64,000 bases of DNA, taken from IMG/VR virus record IMGVR_UViG_3300047171_000080, positions 520 through 64,519 of that record, one strand, 5' to 3'. Under the pieces are notes generated by a model. That model saw only the letters and a list, made by a program, of their open reading frames with translations. It was not told the origin of the DNA and did not search any database. The translations under genes were made by a program, and so were the position numbers. Within the stretch, counting starts at the first letter, position 1, and every line of letters begins with the position of its first letter. This DNA is from a virus (Duplodnaviria; Caudoviricetes). Below are positions 38,094 through 48,224 of the stretch, piece after piece.

Positions 38094-38590
38094 TGGAAGA
38101 GCAAAGCGAGTCGAAGCGAGTCAAGCGCGGCAAGGGAAGACCGGCTCTCGGAGACGATGTGCGCCGGCGTGCCGTGGGCATTTCGCTCGATCCGAAAATT
38201 GCGGACGAGCTGCGCGATCGCGCGGCCGCGCTCGGCATATCTCAGGGCAATCTGATCGCTCGCCTTCTTCGCGAATCGTCTACGGACTTAACCGATAGCA
38301 CGACCGCGCCCGAATTGCTCGAACGGCTCTCGACGTTCTTGCCCAAGGTGAGCGGCGTCTCGATGAACTTCGTCGATAAAGATCATCGCGCGGGGCAGAT
38401 CGTCTTCGGCAATCACATGGCCGTCGTCTGGATCTTTTACGATCCCGAGCTCGGCGCGCGACTCGCATTTCGGTGGGCCCAGCGGGTGATCGACGGCAAG
38501 GTATCGTTCGAACCGTCAGAGGTCGTCGACATCACCCGCTGGACCGAGTCGCAGATCGTATCGCACATTCTGACCGAGCCCGCGAACTAG
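38093..38590 (+). CDS. RHH/CopG-like regulator with C-terminal domain (leaderless)
   Basis: GRPALG...VGISLD...LRDRAAALGISQGNLIARLL; GTG 6 nt after the -10 box. Confidence 0.65.
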   Translation: MEEQSESKRVKRGKGRPALGDDVRRRAVGISLDPKIADELRDRAAALGISQGNLIARLLRESSTDLTDSTTAPELLERLSTFLPKVSGVSMNFVDKDHRAGQIVFGNHMAVVWIFYDPELGARLAFRWAQRVIDGKVSFEPSEVVDITRWTESQIVSHILTEPAN

Positions 38591-38937
38591 GTGGCGGTCT
38601 CCAATATCGACGCCTCGTCGACGAAGCGTCGCACGAGCTTGTTGAGCTCACGCAGCTCGTCGACGAGATCGGCGATCGAGTCGCGCGTTCCGATCGCGAC
38701 TTCGAACTCGACGCGCTTTACCGCAATCTCAGCTCGGCCGACTTCGGAGAAGTCCGAGCCGTCGTCGCCCTCGACGCTTTCGATCGCCTGATCGAAGTCT
38801 GCGAGTAATTCGTTGCGCTCGCGCCACAGGCTTTCGGGCTCGACGTCGACGCAGTCTGCGCAGTTATTGCACGGCCCATTGCCTTCGTCGCATTCGAAGA
38901 CGTTCGCATTCTTGGGAGATTCGATCTCGGCGCTCAC
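38587..38937 (-). CDS. Hypothetical protein
   Basis: Cys cluster and acidic coiled coil. Confidence 0.5.
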   Translation of the reverse strand: MSAEIESPKNANVFECDEGNGPCNNCADCVDVEPESLWRERNELLADFDQAIESVEGDDGSDFSEVGRAEIAVKRVEFEVAIGTRDSIADLVDELRELNKLVRRFVDEASILETAT

Positions 38938-39179
38938 TGTTCGTCCTCTGCTTTCGCGTCGGCATCGTACGAAATAGTCAACCAGCCGCCTTCGCCCGGC
39001 TCGAAATTCGATTCGACTTGAATCTGCGCGCCGCGAAAGACGAGCCCAGATATGGAGTCGATGACTTCCACGTCGCAGCTGTCGCCGAGATCCGCCATCG
39101 CTTCTTTGAGATCTCCGATAGTCATAGTTCCAAATTTCTTTCTGCGCTTTCGCGCGTTAAGATGCATGTGTGGGCCCAC
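38934..39179 (-). CDS. Hypothetical protein
   Basis: MTIGDLKEAMADL..DVEV motif common in small phage ORFs. Confidence 0.5.
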   Translation of the reverse strand: MGPHMHLNARKRRKKFGTMTIGDLKEAMADLGDSCDVEVIDSISGLVFRGAQIQVESNFEPGEGGWLTISYDADAKAEDEQ

Positions 39180-39688
39180 GAAAATTCTTCACGCATGACC
39201 GCACGGTCGACGCTTGCGCCGCATCGGCCGCAACTCGCGATGTTGTAGCTCAGATAGACGTCGCCGTATGTGCGCGGCAAGGGCGTGGTTGACGCGATCG
39301 GCGGCGGCACGGCCTCGCCGCACTTGTGCATGATGACGATCCCGAACGATGGGCGTGACGGCGCCGGGCGAAACGACGCGCCGCAATCGGGACACGCCTC
39401 GACGCCGACCGGGAAGATACGCGGCGGACCGGCCATGCGCTTCGCGCGCGCCTGCGCTTCGAGTTCTTCGCGCGTGTATTTGCCGACCGGCGGCGGTGCG
39501 TCGAATAGCGATGCGACGAAGTCGAGGACTGGAGCGACTGCATCTTTTCGTATCTCTAAGGGCCCCGCGGCTTCGCTGCCGCGGTGCAACGGACCAAAGG
39601 CAGCGAACGGCACGCAATCTTCACACAGCGCCGCACCATGCCAAATGGTGCGGTGGCCATCGCTTGAGTGCTTCATCATGCTAGGCAT
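39122..39688 (-). CDS. Zn-ribbon hypothetical protein
   Basis: Several CxxC pairs. Confidence 0.45.
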   Translation of the reverse strand: MPSMMKHSSDGHRTIWHGAALCEDCVPFAAFGPLHRGSEAAGPLEIRKDAVAPVLDFVASLFDAPPPVGKYTREELEAQARAKRMAGPPRIFPVGVEACPDCGASFRPAPSRPSFGIVIMHKCGEAVPPPIASTTPLPRTYGDVYLSYNIASCGRCGASVDRAVMREEFSWAHTCILTRESAERNLEL

Positions 39689-39896
39689 TACGCGTTACGT
39701 GGCGGCTCGATCGCCATGCTCGCGAAATCGCGTTGAACGCCGGCTTCCTCGACGCGTGCGGCGGACCTCGACATTCGAATCTCCGCGTCGAGGCGTTTCC
39801 ATTTGCCGTGAAGATCGCGGAACATCACGCCGAAGAAGACGAAGCCGATCGTCGCGATCGCGAGCCCGAGCGAAAGGCCCATCTCGAACTGAGCGC

Positions 39897-40454
39897 TCAC
39901 GCTGCCCCCGATTGCAGAGCCGCATTCTTCGTGCGCAGCCAGTGAAAGAGATCGCGCACGTGCTGCGCATCTGCAAGGGCGTCGTGCGGCCGCGCGTTCG
40001 TGACGCCGGTCAGCTTCTCGAGCTCTCCGAGCTTCGGCGGAACTTCTAAGCCGAAGGCACCCATGATGAGCACCTCGATGCAGATGAGGTGATGGTGCCA
40101 CTGCGGCGTGACGATCTTGCGGATCTTCTGATCGTCGAACGACGGAACTGCACCGACGAGATAGACATCTTTGCTCGGTATCAGCCCGCGATCGCGGACG
40201 AGCTTTCGCAGAAATGTCATCTCGGCGAGGAGCGTCGACGGCGACCACTGCTCCGTCTTCGAGCACACGTCGACGTACGCGGTGTTCTGCAATACCCAGG
40301 GCGACGGGTTGCGGCTATGCGCGATCATGCGATTGCGGCGCGAGATCTCGTTACCGTGCGCGTCCTCGAGGATCCAGGCGAGTTGCCAGATCTGATCACC
40401 GTCTTCGAGTCCGGTCGTTTCCGTGTCGAGAAAGAGATAGAGCGTTGTGCTCAT
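39897..40454 (-). CDS. 3'-5' exonuclease (DEDDh)
   Basis: FLDTETTGL, SFD and HDALADA motifs. Confidence 0.85.
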   Translation of the reverse strand: MSTTLYLFLDTETTGLEDGDQIWQLAWILEDAHGNEISRRNRMIAHSRNPSPWVLQNTAYVDVCSKTEQWSPSTLLAEMTFLRKLVRDRGLIPSKDVYLVGAVPSFDDQKIRKIVTPQWHHHLICIEVLIMGAFGLEVPPKLGELEKLTGVTNARPHDALADAQHVRDLFHWLRTKNAALQSGAA

Positions 40455-40668
40455 TCCTTGTCCCCCAAAAGCGCCTGCACGGCCTCTACGCCGGGCTTCG
40501 GCTTGTGAATACACGCGTAGCAATAGCAGTCATTCTTGCTCGCGCGCCGTTCGCTGTGGCGCTCGAAGTTACACTTTCGCGTCGCGTGATCGTCGGCGTT
40601 ACAAAACACGCACTTTGAATCGAGACGAATACTCGGCGCGGCTTTTGCGTCTTCGGCTCCTGCGCTCA

Positions 40669-41118
40669 TCACTCGCCCTCCAAAGGCGCTTGCAATTCTA
40701 AAACAGTCGTATGCACATAATTTTTATCTTCGAATTGTTGGGCGAACCGGGCGCTTTCGATTAAATCGAAAGGGCCGTGTGCTTGTAGCAAATCGTGGTC
40801 GTCTTGCGTCCATTCGACCATTATGTATTTTTTAGCGCCGCGTAAAACTTCAACGGCGCGTAGTGCGGAAGTGAGGCGCTCATACTGCATGCGCGACGTG
40901 CGTTCGGCCGCGTCCCGTTCGCGCGTCACCGCCGCGAGTTTGGCTTCGAGGTCGTCGATGCGCTCCGCCATCTTTTCCATGTGTTCGCAATGTAGACTGA
41001 GCAAAGCCGCGTCCGAGTGTTCGTGTTCTCGGCGGAGATTGCATAAAGAAAAGCCGCAAGAGTAAGCCGTGGCGATTAGTCGCGCCTCGCCAACTGCGTC
41101 CGTTGGGTCGTGGTTCAT
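40669..41118 (-). CDS. Coiled-coil phage protein
   Basis: Coupled ORF; DAVGEA...DLEAKLA. Confidence 0.55.
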   Translation of the reverse strand: MNHDPTDAVGEARLIATAYSCGFSLCNLRREHEHSDAALLSLHCEHMEKMAERIDDLEAKLAAVTRERDAAERTSRMQYERLTSALRAVEVLRGAKKYIMVEWTQDDHDLLQAHGPFDLIESARFAQQFEDKNYVHTTVLELQAPLEGE

Positions 41119-41387
41119 GGTCGCACCACGAAGATGGCTAGTAGCTCAAGGCGACTCGACACGCCGAACGTACGCATGATGGCGATGATCTGGTTGCGGA
41201 TCGTCGACCTCGAAAGCCGAAGCGTCGCGGCGATCTCGCGCGCGTCCCTACCGGAGAGCACGTGGTCGAATACGACGCGCAGCGCCGGCGAAAGATCGTT
41301 ATCAGCGATACGGCAGCCGCTATGGCGCGACATGAGAGGTTTGGGCGCACGAGGGCGCGGTTCTATTGAAAGCGTGGTCATTCGCAT
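41115..41387 (-). CDS. LuxR-type HTH protein
   Basis: LSP...G...REIAATLRLSRSTIRNQ...FGVSSRLEL. Confidence 0.8.
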   Translation of the reverse strand: MRMTTLSIEPRPRAPKPLMSRHSGCRIADNDLSPALRVVFDHVLSGRDAREIAATLRLSRSTIRNQIIAIMRTFGVSSRLELLAIFVVRP

Positions 41388-41914
41388 GCCCGCAGTGCAG
41401 CTTTACGCGATTCCTTGGCCACGTCTTCCGACGCAATCTCTGCGAGGCGAGTCTCGAGACGTCTTTCCGCTCGACGAATAATCGCTTTCGCAGGCTCGAC
41501 ATCTGTCCGATGAAACGTGGATTTCAACATATCGTCAACTTCCGCAGCAATTGCGAGCGCGCGTTCGGAACGGTTTCGTTCTTGCGTCATCACCTCAAGC
41601 TTCTGCTTAAGTTGCGCCTCACGTAACCCGATCTCAGCCGCCGCACTCTGAAACTTCTCAAGTGACTCTTGCGACGTCGCGAGCTTTTCAACTAACTGCC
41701 AAGCCGTGACCCGCGCTTTGTGCAACGCAGTTTCGGACGTCGCAAGCTTGGCTTCTAGGTCTTCAATGAGCGCGACGAGCGCGCGTCGGTTGCGATCGTA
41801 CGCCTCGTCTCTGCGCTCCGTCTGACCTTCGTACCGCGTGCGGCCATTGGCGATGATCTCAAAATCAGCAATCATTCGCTTCGCTTCTCCTACTGCATCA
41901 TACGGTTGATTCAT
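41378..41914 (-). CDS. Coiled-coil phage protein
   Basis: DAVGEA...DLEAKLA; coupled ORF. Confidence 0.55.
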   Translation of the reverse strand: MNQPYDAVGEAKRMIADFEIIANGRTRYEGQTERRDEAYDRNRRALVALIEDLEAKLATSETALHKARVTAWQLVEKLATSQESLEKFQSAAAEIGLREAQLKQKLEVMTQERNRSERALAIAAEVDDMLKSTFHRTDVEPAKAIIRRAERRLETRLAEIASEDVAKESRKAALRACE

Positions 41915-42146
41915 CGTCGCATTGCATCCCAAAAGAAGAGGAGCGCTCGATGAAGTAGGAAGTGATTAGACGTTACCCACTGACTCAGTAGATGATCTGC
42001 TGCACGCATACGCGCTGCCGCGTCTTCAGACGGACTCGGATCCTCGTCCGCGCGCAGCGCGTCGATGACAAGACTGTCGAGTTCCTTAACGGCCGTCGTT
42101 ACGTCTGCTATCGTGAAAGGCGGGTGAAACGTGTGGAAGTTGCTGC

Positions 42147-42458
42147 TCATGCGTTGCTCCCATTCGCATCGCGGCACGCCTGTAGAAAGCGCGCCGCATC
42201 GTCTTCAGCCATCCCGAGATTGCGTGCCACCCGATAGAAGGTCTCGTCGCGGATCGCGGCTGCAGATGCTTCAAGAAGGTAGATGCCTTGCTGACGCGCC
42301 TCGTCCGCATCGAGAAACACTTCGAGTCGGTTTCCGTCGTCGTCAGCGATGGCCATCCGAACACGCCCTTTTTTGCCGAAAAGCCCAAAGAGCGACTCGA
42401 TCTCGATGTGCATCTCGTGAGCGGGGATCCGCTCGCGCTCTGGACCGATGTCACTCAT
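42147..42458 (-). CDS. Hypothetical protein
   Basis: EARQQGIYLLEASAAAIRDE; coupled ORF. Confidence 0.55.
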   Translation of the reverse strand: MSDIGPERERIPAHEMHIEIESLFGLFGKKGRVRMAIADDDGNRLEVFLDADEARQQGIYLLEASAAAIRDETFYRVARNLGMAEDDAARFLQACRDANGSNA

Positions 42459-43131
42459 CGTTGCGGTACCCATGCGTTAAGCAGTCGCCTTCATCCGTCG
42501 GCACGCACACAGGTTGCTCGTCGAAGCGCTTCTCAATTGCCTCGTACTCTGCTTGGTTTCGCTCCGAGGACGCATAGTATGCGTCCATCGCTTCTCGAAA
42601 TCCCGACGCCGGGCAATAATCACGAACAGTGACCTTGATGACGTTTGAGCTGTCTTCTTCGATCATGCTTTCACCCTCCCCGATCGCGACCGGAATACGC
42701 TCGTAGGACAGAGCGTGATGTATTTGAGGACCTTAATTTTTGCTGGTCCATCGCCGATCTCAAAAAATACCGCAACGCGGTCGTGATCTTTGTATTTTGC
42801 GCGGCAGACGCATTGCTCGTTTTCGTTCATCCCTTCCACCCCACGTAAGCGCCTTCAAAGAATGTATGGCGATGATCGGTGTCCGGGAAGTGCCCCGCGA
42901 CAAGTTCGCAGCGGTATCGCTTATCGATCCAAAATTCGTAGGTGCATGCCGAAGCCGGTTCGTAATTGCGCGCGGCTTCCCAGATGCACGCTAAGTCGTA
43001 GCCCGTATACGACACGTCGCTCTCATCGCGAGCACCTATCGCTTTGATCGCCGCGTCCATCGCTGCGCGTTCATGCTCGGTCATTGCGCGTCGATTCCGG
43101 GAGCCGCGCTCGATCGTGTCGCTGAATTGCA

Positions 43132-45009
43132 TCATCGTTTGCCTTTCGAATTGGGAAAGAGTGCGTCGACGGCGCGCACGCCGCCATCGCTTGTGTACTC
43201 AATGAGTCCAAGGCTGCGCAGCTTGCCGAGATAATTGCGAAAGCCGCCGCCAGTGGTCGACATGCCGAGCCATGACGCGAGATCCGATCGCGTCACCGTT
43301 TTCGGATATGCGCCGACGAGCTCGTGAAGAACGCGCGACTCGGATTTGAGTTTGGACATCCACATCGACACGATCGCGGCGCTCGTGCGCGGCGCCGCCG
43401 CGATCGCGTCGCGCATCATCTCAACGCCCGCATCAGTCAGCGCGACGAGATCGTTGCCCGGATAGTGAATGAGGCCGCCCGTGCGCAGCGAGCCCAGGTA
43501 GTTGCGAAAGCCGCCGCCCGATGCGGAGTAGCCAGCCATGACGGAGACTTGCGTGCGCGACGCCGGCGTCGGGTGAAGCGCGGCGAGCGCATCGAGGATC
43601 TTGGCACCGCCGCCGGAGACGCCGGGCAAATTGAGAGATCGTGGAAGGGTAGACAAGGCAACAGCCGCTGACGATGCGCGCGCTACCCGTTCTGCTCGCA
43701 CCGTCCGGTTCTGTGTTTTCGCGGTCGTCTTTGGAGCCGCACCCTCCGCCGGAGCGACCGGCGAGACGTCGACGCGTACCCGATTCATCTTCTCAAATAT
43801 CTCGTTGAAGACGTCGTTGACGCGGCGCGTTGCGACGCTGAATTCCTTGTCTAATTCCGCGACTAAATGGGTCAATGGCGGCATCACAGCATCTCGTGCC
43901 GACGTAAACGCATCGGCAAGTTTGCGCAACTCGACAACGTCAACGATCGGAACTTTCGTCTCGATCGTTACGACGTCGCAAGAGTGAGCTTCGAGTTCGG
44001 ACACCCGTGCGCGCAGCTTCGCGACAATGTCGGGAGTAGCGGTCGCAATGTCCGGACTTTCGCTCTCGCTCTCGACGTCGTCGGCCGCCATCGCGTCACG
44101 CAGCCGCTCGAGATCGACCGCCGCGAACTGCTTGGGCTCCGCGATCGTTTCGCCGACTTCCGGCGCACGAGACGAATCGAACGTCTCGCGCAGCGCGAAC
44201 CGGTGCTGCTCGATCATGCCGAGCCAGTGGGGCGAGATGAACCACGCCTCGCCGTCGCGCAGTCGCGCGAGCGACGCGAGTACTTCACGTGCGCGATCGG
44301 GCGTCGTCGCGGATCCGAGATACGCCTTGATCTGCTTCTGATCCAGCGGTGAGAACGTCCGCATCGCGATCACGAGCTCGGCCTGCTTAAGCGTACGCTT
44401 CGACTGCTCGGCGGCGCTCTGCGTCGCCGTCTTCAGTCCAATGCCGACGCCGCGGCCGCCGGTGTGTATGTCGGCCAGCGCGATCTCGCAGCGGTTCTCC
44501 GCTTTGGACTGCGACGTTTCGGGTGCGAGTAGATGGACTTCGTCGACGAAAAACGCGAGTGGTTTCTTGCGGCGCGCGTGCAGCTTCATCTTCTCGCGCG
44601 CGAAGTCGGCAACGAACGTGCACCGCTCGTCGCCTTCGAAGGCGGAGAGATCAATGAGCGCGCTTACATTCGCCTCGTAGAGTTCGCGCGCGAGAAGCGC
44701 GCCGCGCGATGCGGAGATCTCGACGTCGGCATGGTGGCCACCGAAGATTGGTATCGGTAGACCCGGGCCGACGCCGTCCGCTGCGGCGCGTAGTCCCCAA
44801 AGGGTGCCTAGCGGGTCGAACGCGTTGAAAACGCCGCCGCACTTTTGCGTCTGCTCGATCATCACGGCGAACGCATTGCTCTTGCCGGCACCGCTCATCC
44901 CAAGCGCGGCGACGCGGCGAGTGACGAAGTCGATCGGGATGTCGAGATCGGACGAAAGGTGCAGAGTTCGGATCGCGGTCGAAGCGCTACTCAACAGCGT
45001 CGCCCGCAT
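43132..45009 (-). CDS. HerA/FtsK-like P-loop ATPase with two C-terminal wHTH-like repeats
   Basis: GMSGAGKS, FDPLG, FFVDEVH, GRGVGIG..ATQ; GGGFRNYLG.LR..GLI occurs twice. Confidence 0.8.
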   Translation of the reverse strand: MRATLLSSASTAIRTLHLSSDLDIPIDFVTRRVAALGMSGAGKSNAFAVMIEQTQKCGGVFNAFDPLGTLWGLRAAADGVGPGLPIPIFGGHHADVEISASRGALLARELYEANVSALIDLSAFEGDERCTFVADFAREKMKLHARRKKPLAFFVDEVHLLAPETSQSKAENRCEIALADIHTGGRGVGIGLKTATQSAAEQSKRTLKQAELVIAMRTFSPLDQKQIKAYLGSATTPDRAREVLASLARLRDGEAWFISPHWLGMIEQHRFALRETFDSSRAPEVGETIAEPKQFAAVDLERLRDAMAADDVESESESPDIATATPDIVAKLRARVSELEAHSCDVVTIETKVPIVDVVELRKLADAFTSARDAVMPPLTHLVAELDKEFSVATRRVNDVFNEIFEKMNRVRVDVSPVAPAEGAAPKTTAKTQNRTVRAERVARASSAAVALSTLPRSLNLPGVSGGGAKILDALAALHPTPASRTQVSVMAGYSASGGGFRNYLGSLRTGGLIHYPGNDLVALTDAGVEMMRDAIAAAPRTSAAIVSMWMSKLKSESRVLHELVGAYPKTVTRSDLASWLGMSTTGGGFRNYLGKLRSLGLIEYTSDGGVRAVDALFPNSKGKR

Positions 45010-45060
45010 CTTGACGGAGCATCTCTGCGACCGCGTTTGGCGGCCATGTTTCCGATTTCT

Positions 45061-45312
45061 TCATGGTAGCTGTGACTCGCGTGGTTTGCACGTTTCGCAA
45101 CCTATCTCGCACCGTTCACACGTGCGAGCCAGAAGATTGTTTTTGATTAGATAGGTGATCGCAGCGTCCCAGCCGCGCATAAAAGCCTCCGGAGCATAGA
45201 AGCCCGGTTCACCGACAACGGAATAATTAGCCGAAATCTCGTTGCGCTCTCTATCGGCGCTTATTTTCTCGACATCATCCCACACGGGTGACGTTTCAAA
45301 TCGGAAACCCAT
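45061..45312 (-). CDS. Hypothetical protein
   Basis: AFMRGWDAA; C-terminal Cys cluster. Confidence 0.45.
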   Translation of the reverse strand: MGFRFETSPVWDDVEKISADRERNEISANYSVVGEPGFYAPEAFMRGWDAAITYLIKNNLLARTCERCEIGCETCKPRESQLP

Positions 45313-45869
45313 CAGGCGATGAACCTCGGCTTCCGTTGCTTCGTGTGACGTTTTTGAGGACGCGCGGACGCGCGCTTCGATGAATTGGCGCGACGCTTGA
45401 GCACCGCGAGCTGTAACGCGCGGATCGTCTCCTCGTCGAAGATCGCGTGAAGCTCGAGTCGGATCTCGATGCGGCGTCCGCGACCGTCTTTAATTGGCGG
45501 CGGTAAGGTGCCGACGGTGACGATCCGATCGTTCCGATACGCGACATTCTCCAGCGCATCGCATACGCTCTTGATGCACGATTGGCCGTCGAATCCGCAG
45601 TCGTAGAGCTGGTACGAAACGGTGACCGCGGCCGATTGCCACGGATCGTGCGGCCAGAGCGGATCCGATACGATCGCGAACCACGCTTCGGACGTCACAC
45701 GATCCTCGAACGCTTTCACGGCCGGATTCGTGAACATCGCTTTGACGCCGTTGCGGAGAACGCCGCGACCGTACTTGCGATTGATGCTTTCGGGATCGCG
45801 AACAGAGAACGTAACGACGATCGGCTCCGGAAGCGCGATCGCGCGCTCTTTCGCTTTCGCATACGTCAT
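45312..45869 (-). CDS. RusA-like Holliday junction resolvase
   Basis: PESIN, D...IKSVCDAL..VAYRND..V motif. Confidence 0.6.
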   Translation of the reverse strand: MTYAKAKERAIALPEPIVVTFSVRDPESINRKYGRGVLRNGVKAMFTNPAVKAFEDRVTSEAWFAIVSDPLWPHDPWQSAAVTVSYQLYDCGFDGQSCIKSVCDALENVAYRNDRIVTVGTLPPPIKDGRGRRIEIRLELHAIFDEETIRALQLAVLKRRANSSKRASARPQKRHTKQRKPRFIA

Positions 45870-46789
45870 CGCGGCATCTCCGAGTACTCGCGTCCGGAAA
45901 GTAATCGTCCGGCTTCGGTTTTTCCAAAACGCCGAACGCGCTCCCATCCCGGATGATAGCGATCGATCAGATCTTCTTCGAGCACCGTGCCGTTGTCGCG
46001 CCGGATCCGCGTTGTCGCGCCCGCGCGATCGACGAACCGGCCATCAGCATGAAGCAAGTGGGTCGCACGGTCGCGATCGCAGACACGCCACGCGCCCCAC
46101 TGTTTGAAAAAGAACGGTATGCCGTGCGCCTCGCAACGATTGCGAACGTCGAGAGCCCACCGCGAATGCATCGGTCGCGCGCCCGGACCGCTCTCGCCAC
46201 CGACGATCACCCAGTCGATGCCGGCGAGATCGACCTTGTCGATCGGACCGAGCATGGGCTCGACGCTCAAAAAGCGCACGGCCGCCGGGGTCTCGCGCAG
46301 CATGTCCGCACGCCACGCATACTCGTTCGATTCGATCGAAACGCCGAGCCAGATGTGCTTTTCGACTCGGTCTTCAAACGCAATCTTTTCGTCGAAATGG
46401 ATCTGCGTAAAGCCGTTCTCATAGATCTTGCGCACGATGCGCCGCATGCGCTCCGGGCGTTTCGTAAGCACCTGATAGGTGTGCCCGTACGGCGTCAGCA
46501 TCTCAAGAAACACGCGCGCAATGAAATCGTCCGGCACGTCTTTGTGAAACAAATCGGACATCGAATTCACGAAAACGACCGACGGCTTGCGCCACGATCT
46601 CGGCTGCGCCAATCGCTCGGGCCGCAGCGTCAAGTCGAAACCGTTTTGGAATGCGTGTCCCGCCACGCCGCGCCACCGTTCTGCAAACGTCTTCGCATAG
46701 CAGTGATCGCAACCGGGCGAAACCTCATGGCACCCCGTTACCACATTCCATGTGCGCTCGGTCCACTCGATCTTCGACTTCGCGCTCAT
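45866..46789 (-). CDS. Phage Gp37/Gp68 (DUF5131) radical-SAM-like protein
   Basis: IEWTERTWN.VTGC..VSPGCDHCYA, FVNSMSDLFH, WVIVGGESG, FFFKQWG. Confidence 0.92.
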   Translation of the reverse strand: MSAKSKIEWTERTWNVVTGCHEVSPGCDHCYAKTFAERWRGVAGHAFQNGFDLTLRPERLAQPRSWRKPSVVFVNSMSDLFHKDVPDDFIARVFLEMLTPYGHTYQVLTKRPERMRRIVRKIYENGFTQIHFDEKIAFEDRVEKHIWLGVSIESNEYAWRADMLRETPAAVRFLSVEPMLGPIDKVDLAGIDWVIVGGESGPGARPMHSRWALDVRNRCEAHGIPFFFKQWGAWRVCDRDRATHLLHADGRFVDRAGATTRIRRDNGTVLEEDLIDRYHPGWERVRRFGKTEAGRLLSGREYSEMPR

Positions 46790-47493
46790 ACGAGCGCCTT
46801 CGATTGCATGAGAGCGTCGAATGCCTGAACTTGTTCGGCGACATGCGCGCGCTCGTACGGCGTCTTCGCAAGTGCGTAGAGAGACGGTAGACCCGCGTCG
46901 ATCGCCTCCCTGATCTCCACTGACTCAGCGTTGCGGCCGCGGCAGTACCACTCGAGCGCGCGCGGCTCGCCCATCTCGACGAGCTTCCCGCCTTTGCCGA
47001 GTCCGTCGTCGAAGACAAAGAAGCTCGACGTGTGCCAGAGCAGCGTGACGCCAGGATTGCGCTCGATCGCGATGCCAGCCGCGTCCCTCGCCCCCGGCAA
47101 CTCCTCTACCACGCTTCCCCGCCTGCGTTTCTCGCGCAAATTGAGAAACGGGCAATTTATCGCGCTCCACCGCGCGCAGTCGACGTGCGACGGCGGCTCC
47201 GACGAAATCCGATTGACGCCGCACATCGGGCCGACGACGAATACGAACTTCTTGCCAAGCTGGTGCCCGCAGACCCAGCAGATCTTTTCACGGATTGCGC
47301 GCGCCCACTTTTTGGGATCCATTGCGCGAAATTCCGGCTTCATCACGACCTGCTGATGGCCGATCGTCGTCGGCACCCACGCGACGAACCAGGGAACCGG
47401 ATAGCCGCGATCGTCGAGGTGCAGCGAGCGCATCATCGGCGGCAGCGGCGTAAGTTCTGACCGCATCTCGCGCGGGCAAACGGCTTCGCGCAC
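46786..47493 (-). CDS. Conserved phage protein with Cys motifs
   Basis: RGYPVPWFV, CWVCG, EPPSHVDCA...CPFL. Confidence 0.65.
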   Translation of the reverse strand: MREAVCPREMRSELTPLPPMMRSLHLDDRGYPVPWFVAWVPTTIGHQQVVMKPEFRAMDPKKWARAIREKICWVCGHQLGKKFVFVVGPMCGVNRISSEPPSHVDCARWSAINCPFLNLREKRRRGSVVEELPGARDAAGIAIERNPGVTLLWHTSSFFVFDDGLGKGGKLVEMGEPRALEWYCRGRNAESVEIREAIDAGLPSLYALAKTPYERAHVAEQVQAFDALMQSKALV

Positions 47494-48224
47494 TACTTGT
47501 CACCCGCCTCATCAAAGATCGACATCTGCCGATCTTTGAGCTCGCCCATGATTCGTAAAGCCATGTGCGAGATGCACTGGATCTTAAGGACTTTCTTTTT
47601 CGTGTGCTTACACTCGCCGCACGTATCGAGGCGTTCGAAGTCGAACATCGCGAGGGCGTTGCACCCAACGCTCTGATCGCTTTCGGGATCAAACCATTCT
47701 TCGTCGCAAAGCTTGAACGTCGTCAACGCCTGCTTTACGCCAAAGATGACCTTCGTGTTCACCGCATACTGCAACGCTTCGAACAGTGCGGGATCCGTGA
47801 TCGTCGGGGGTGCGAGTCGCTTCAGACCTTTGGGTTCGTCATCGCCTTCGGGATCCGCAGCAGCGGCTTTCTTCTTCGAGCGATTCGGTTTGGGTTTTGG
47901 CGAGGTGTCGATCACGGCATCTCTGCCGTCGACCGTCGTCTCGAGCACCGCGCCGGTTTTACCGTCGAGCACATAATTCGGGTGATACGAGCACGTCAGC
48001 ATATGCCCGAGCGTGCTCTTGCATTCGATGCAGTGGCCGTTCGGGCACTCGGCTCCGTGCGGGACACCTTTGGTAGCTCCGCATTGATCGCATTTCTTTG
48101 CGGCGATCGATCGTGACGTGGCGTTAATCGTAAGCGATCGTGACGCGTTGGTTCGCGTCGACGTACTTTTCTTCGCTCGCGGCGGTCTAGCCGAAGTTTT
48201 CCTGCGGGTAGGGCCTTTAGCCAT
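47493..48224 (-). CDS. Basic Zn-finger-rich hypothetical protein
   Basis: Multiple CxxC pairs; GAGGGAG SD. Confidence 0.55.
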   Translation of the reverse strand: MAKGPTRRKTSARPPRAKKSTSTRTNASRSLTINATSRSIAAKKCDQCGATKGVPHGAECPNGHCIECKSTLGHMLTCSYHPNYVLDGKTGAVLETTVDGRDAVIDTSPKPKPNRSKKKAAAADPEGDDEPKGLKRLAPPTITDPALFEALQYAVNTKVIFGVKQALTTFKLCDEEWFDPESDQSVGCNALAMFDFERLDTCGECKHTKKKVLKIQCISHMALRIMGELKDRQMSIFDEAGDK

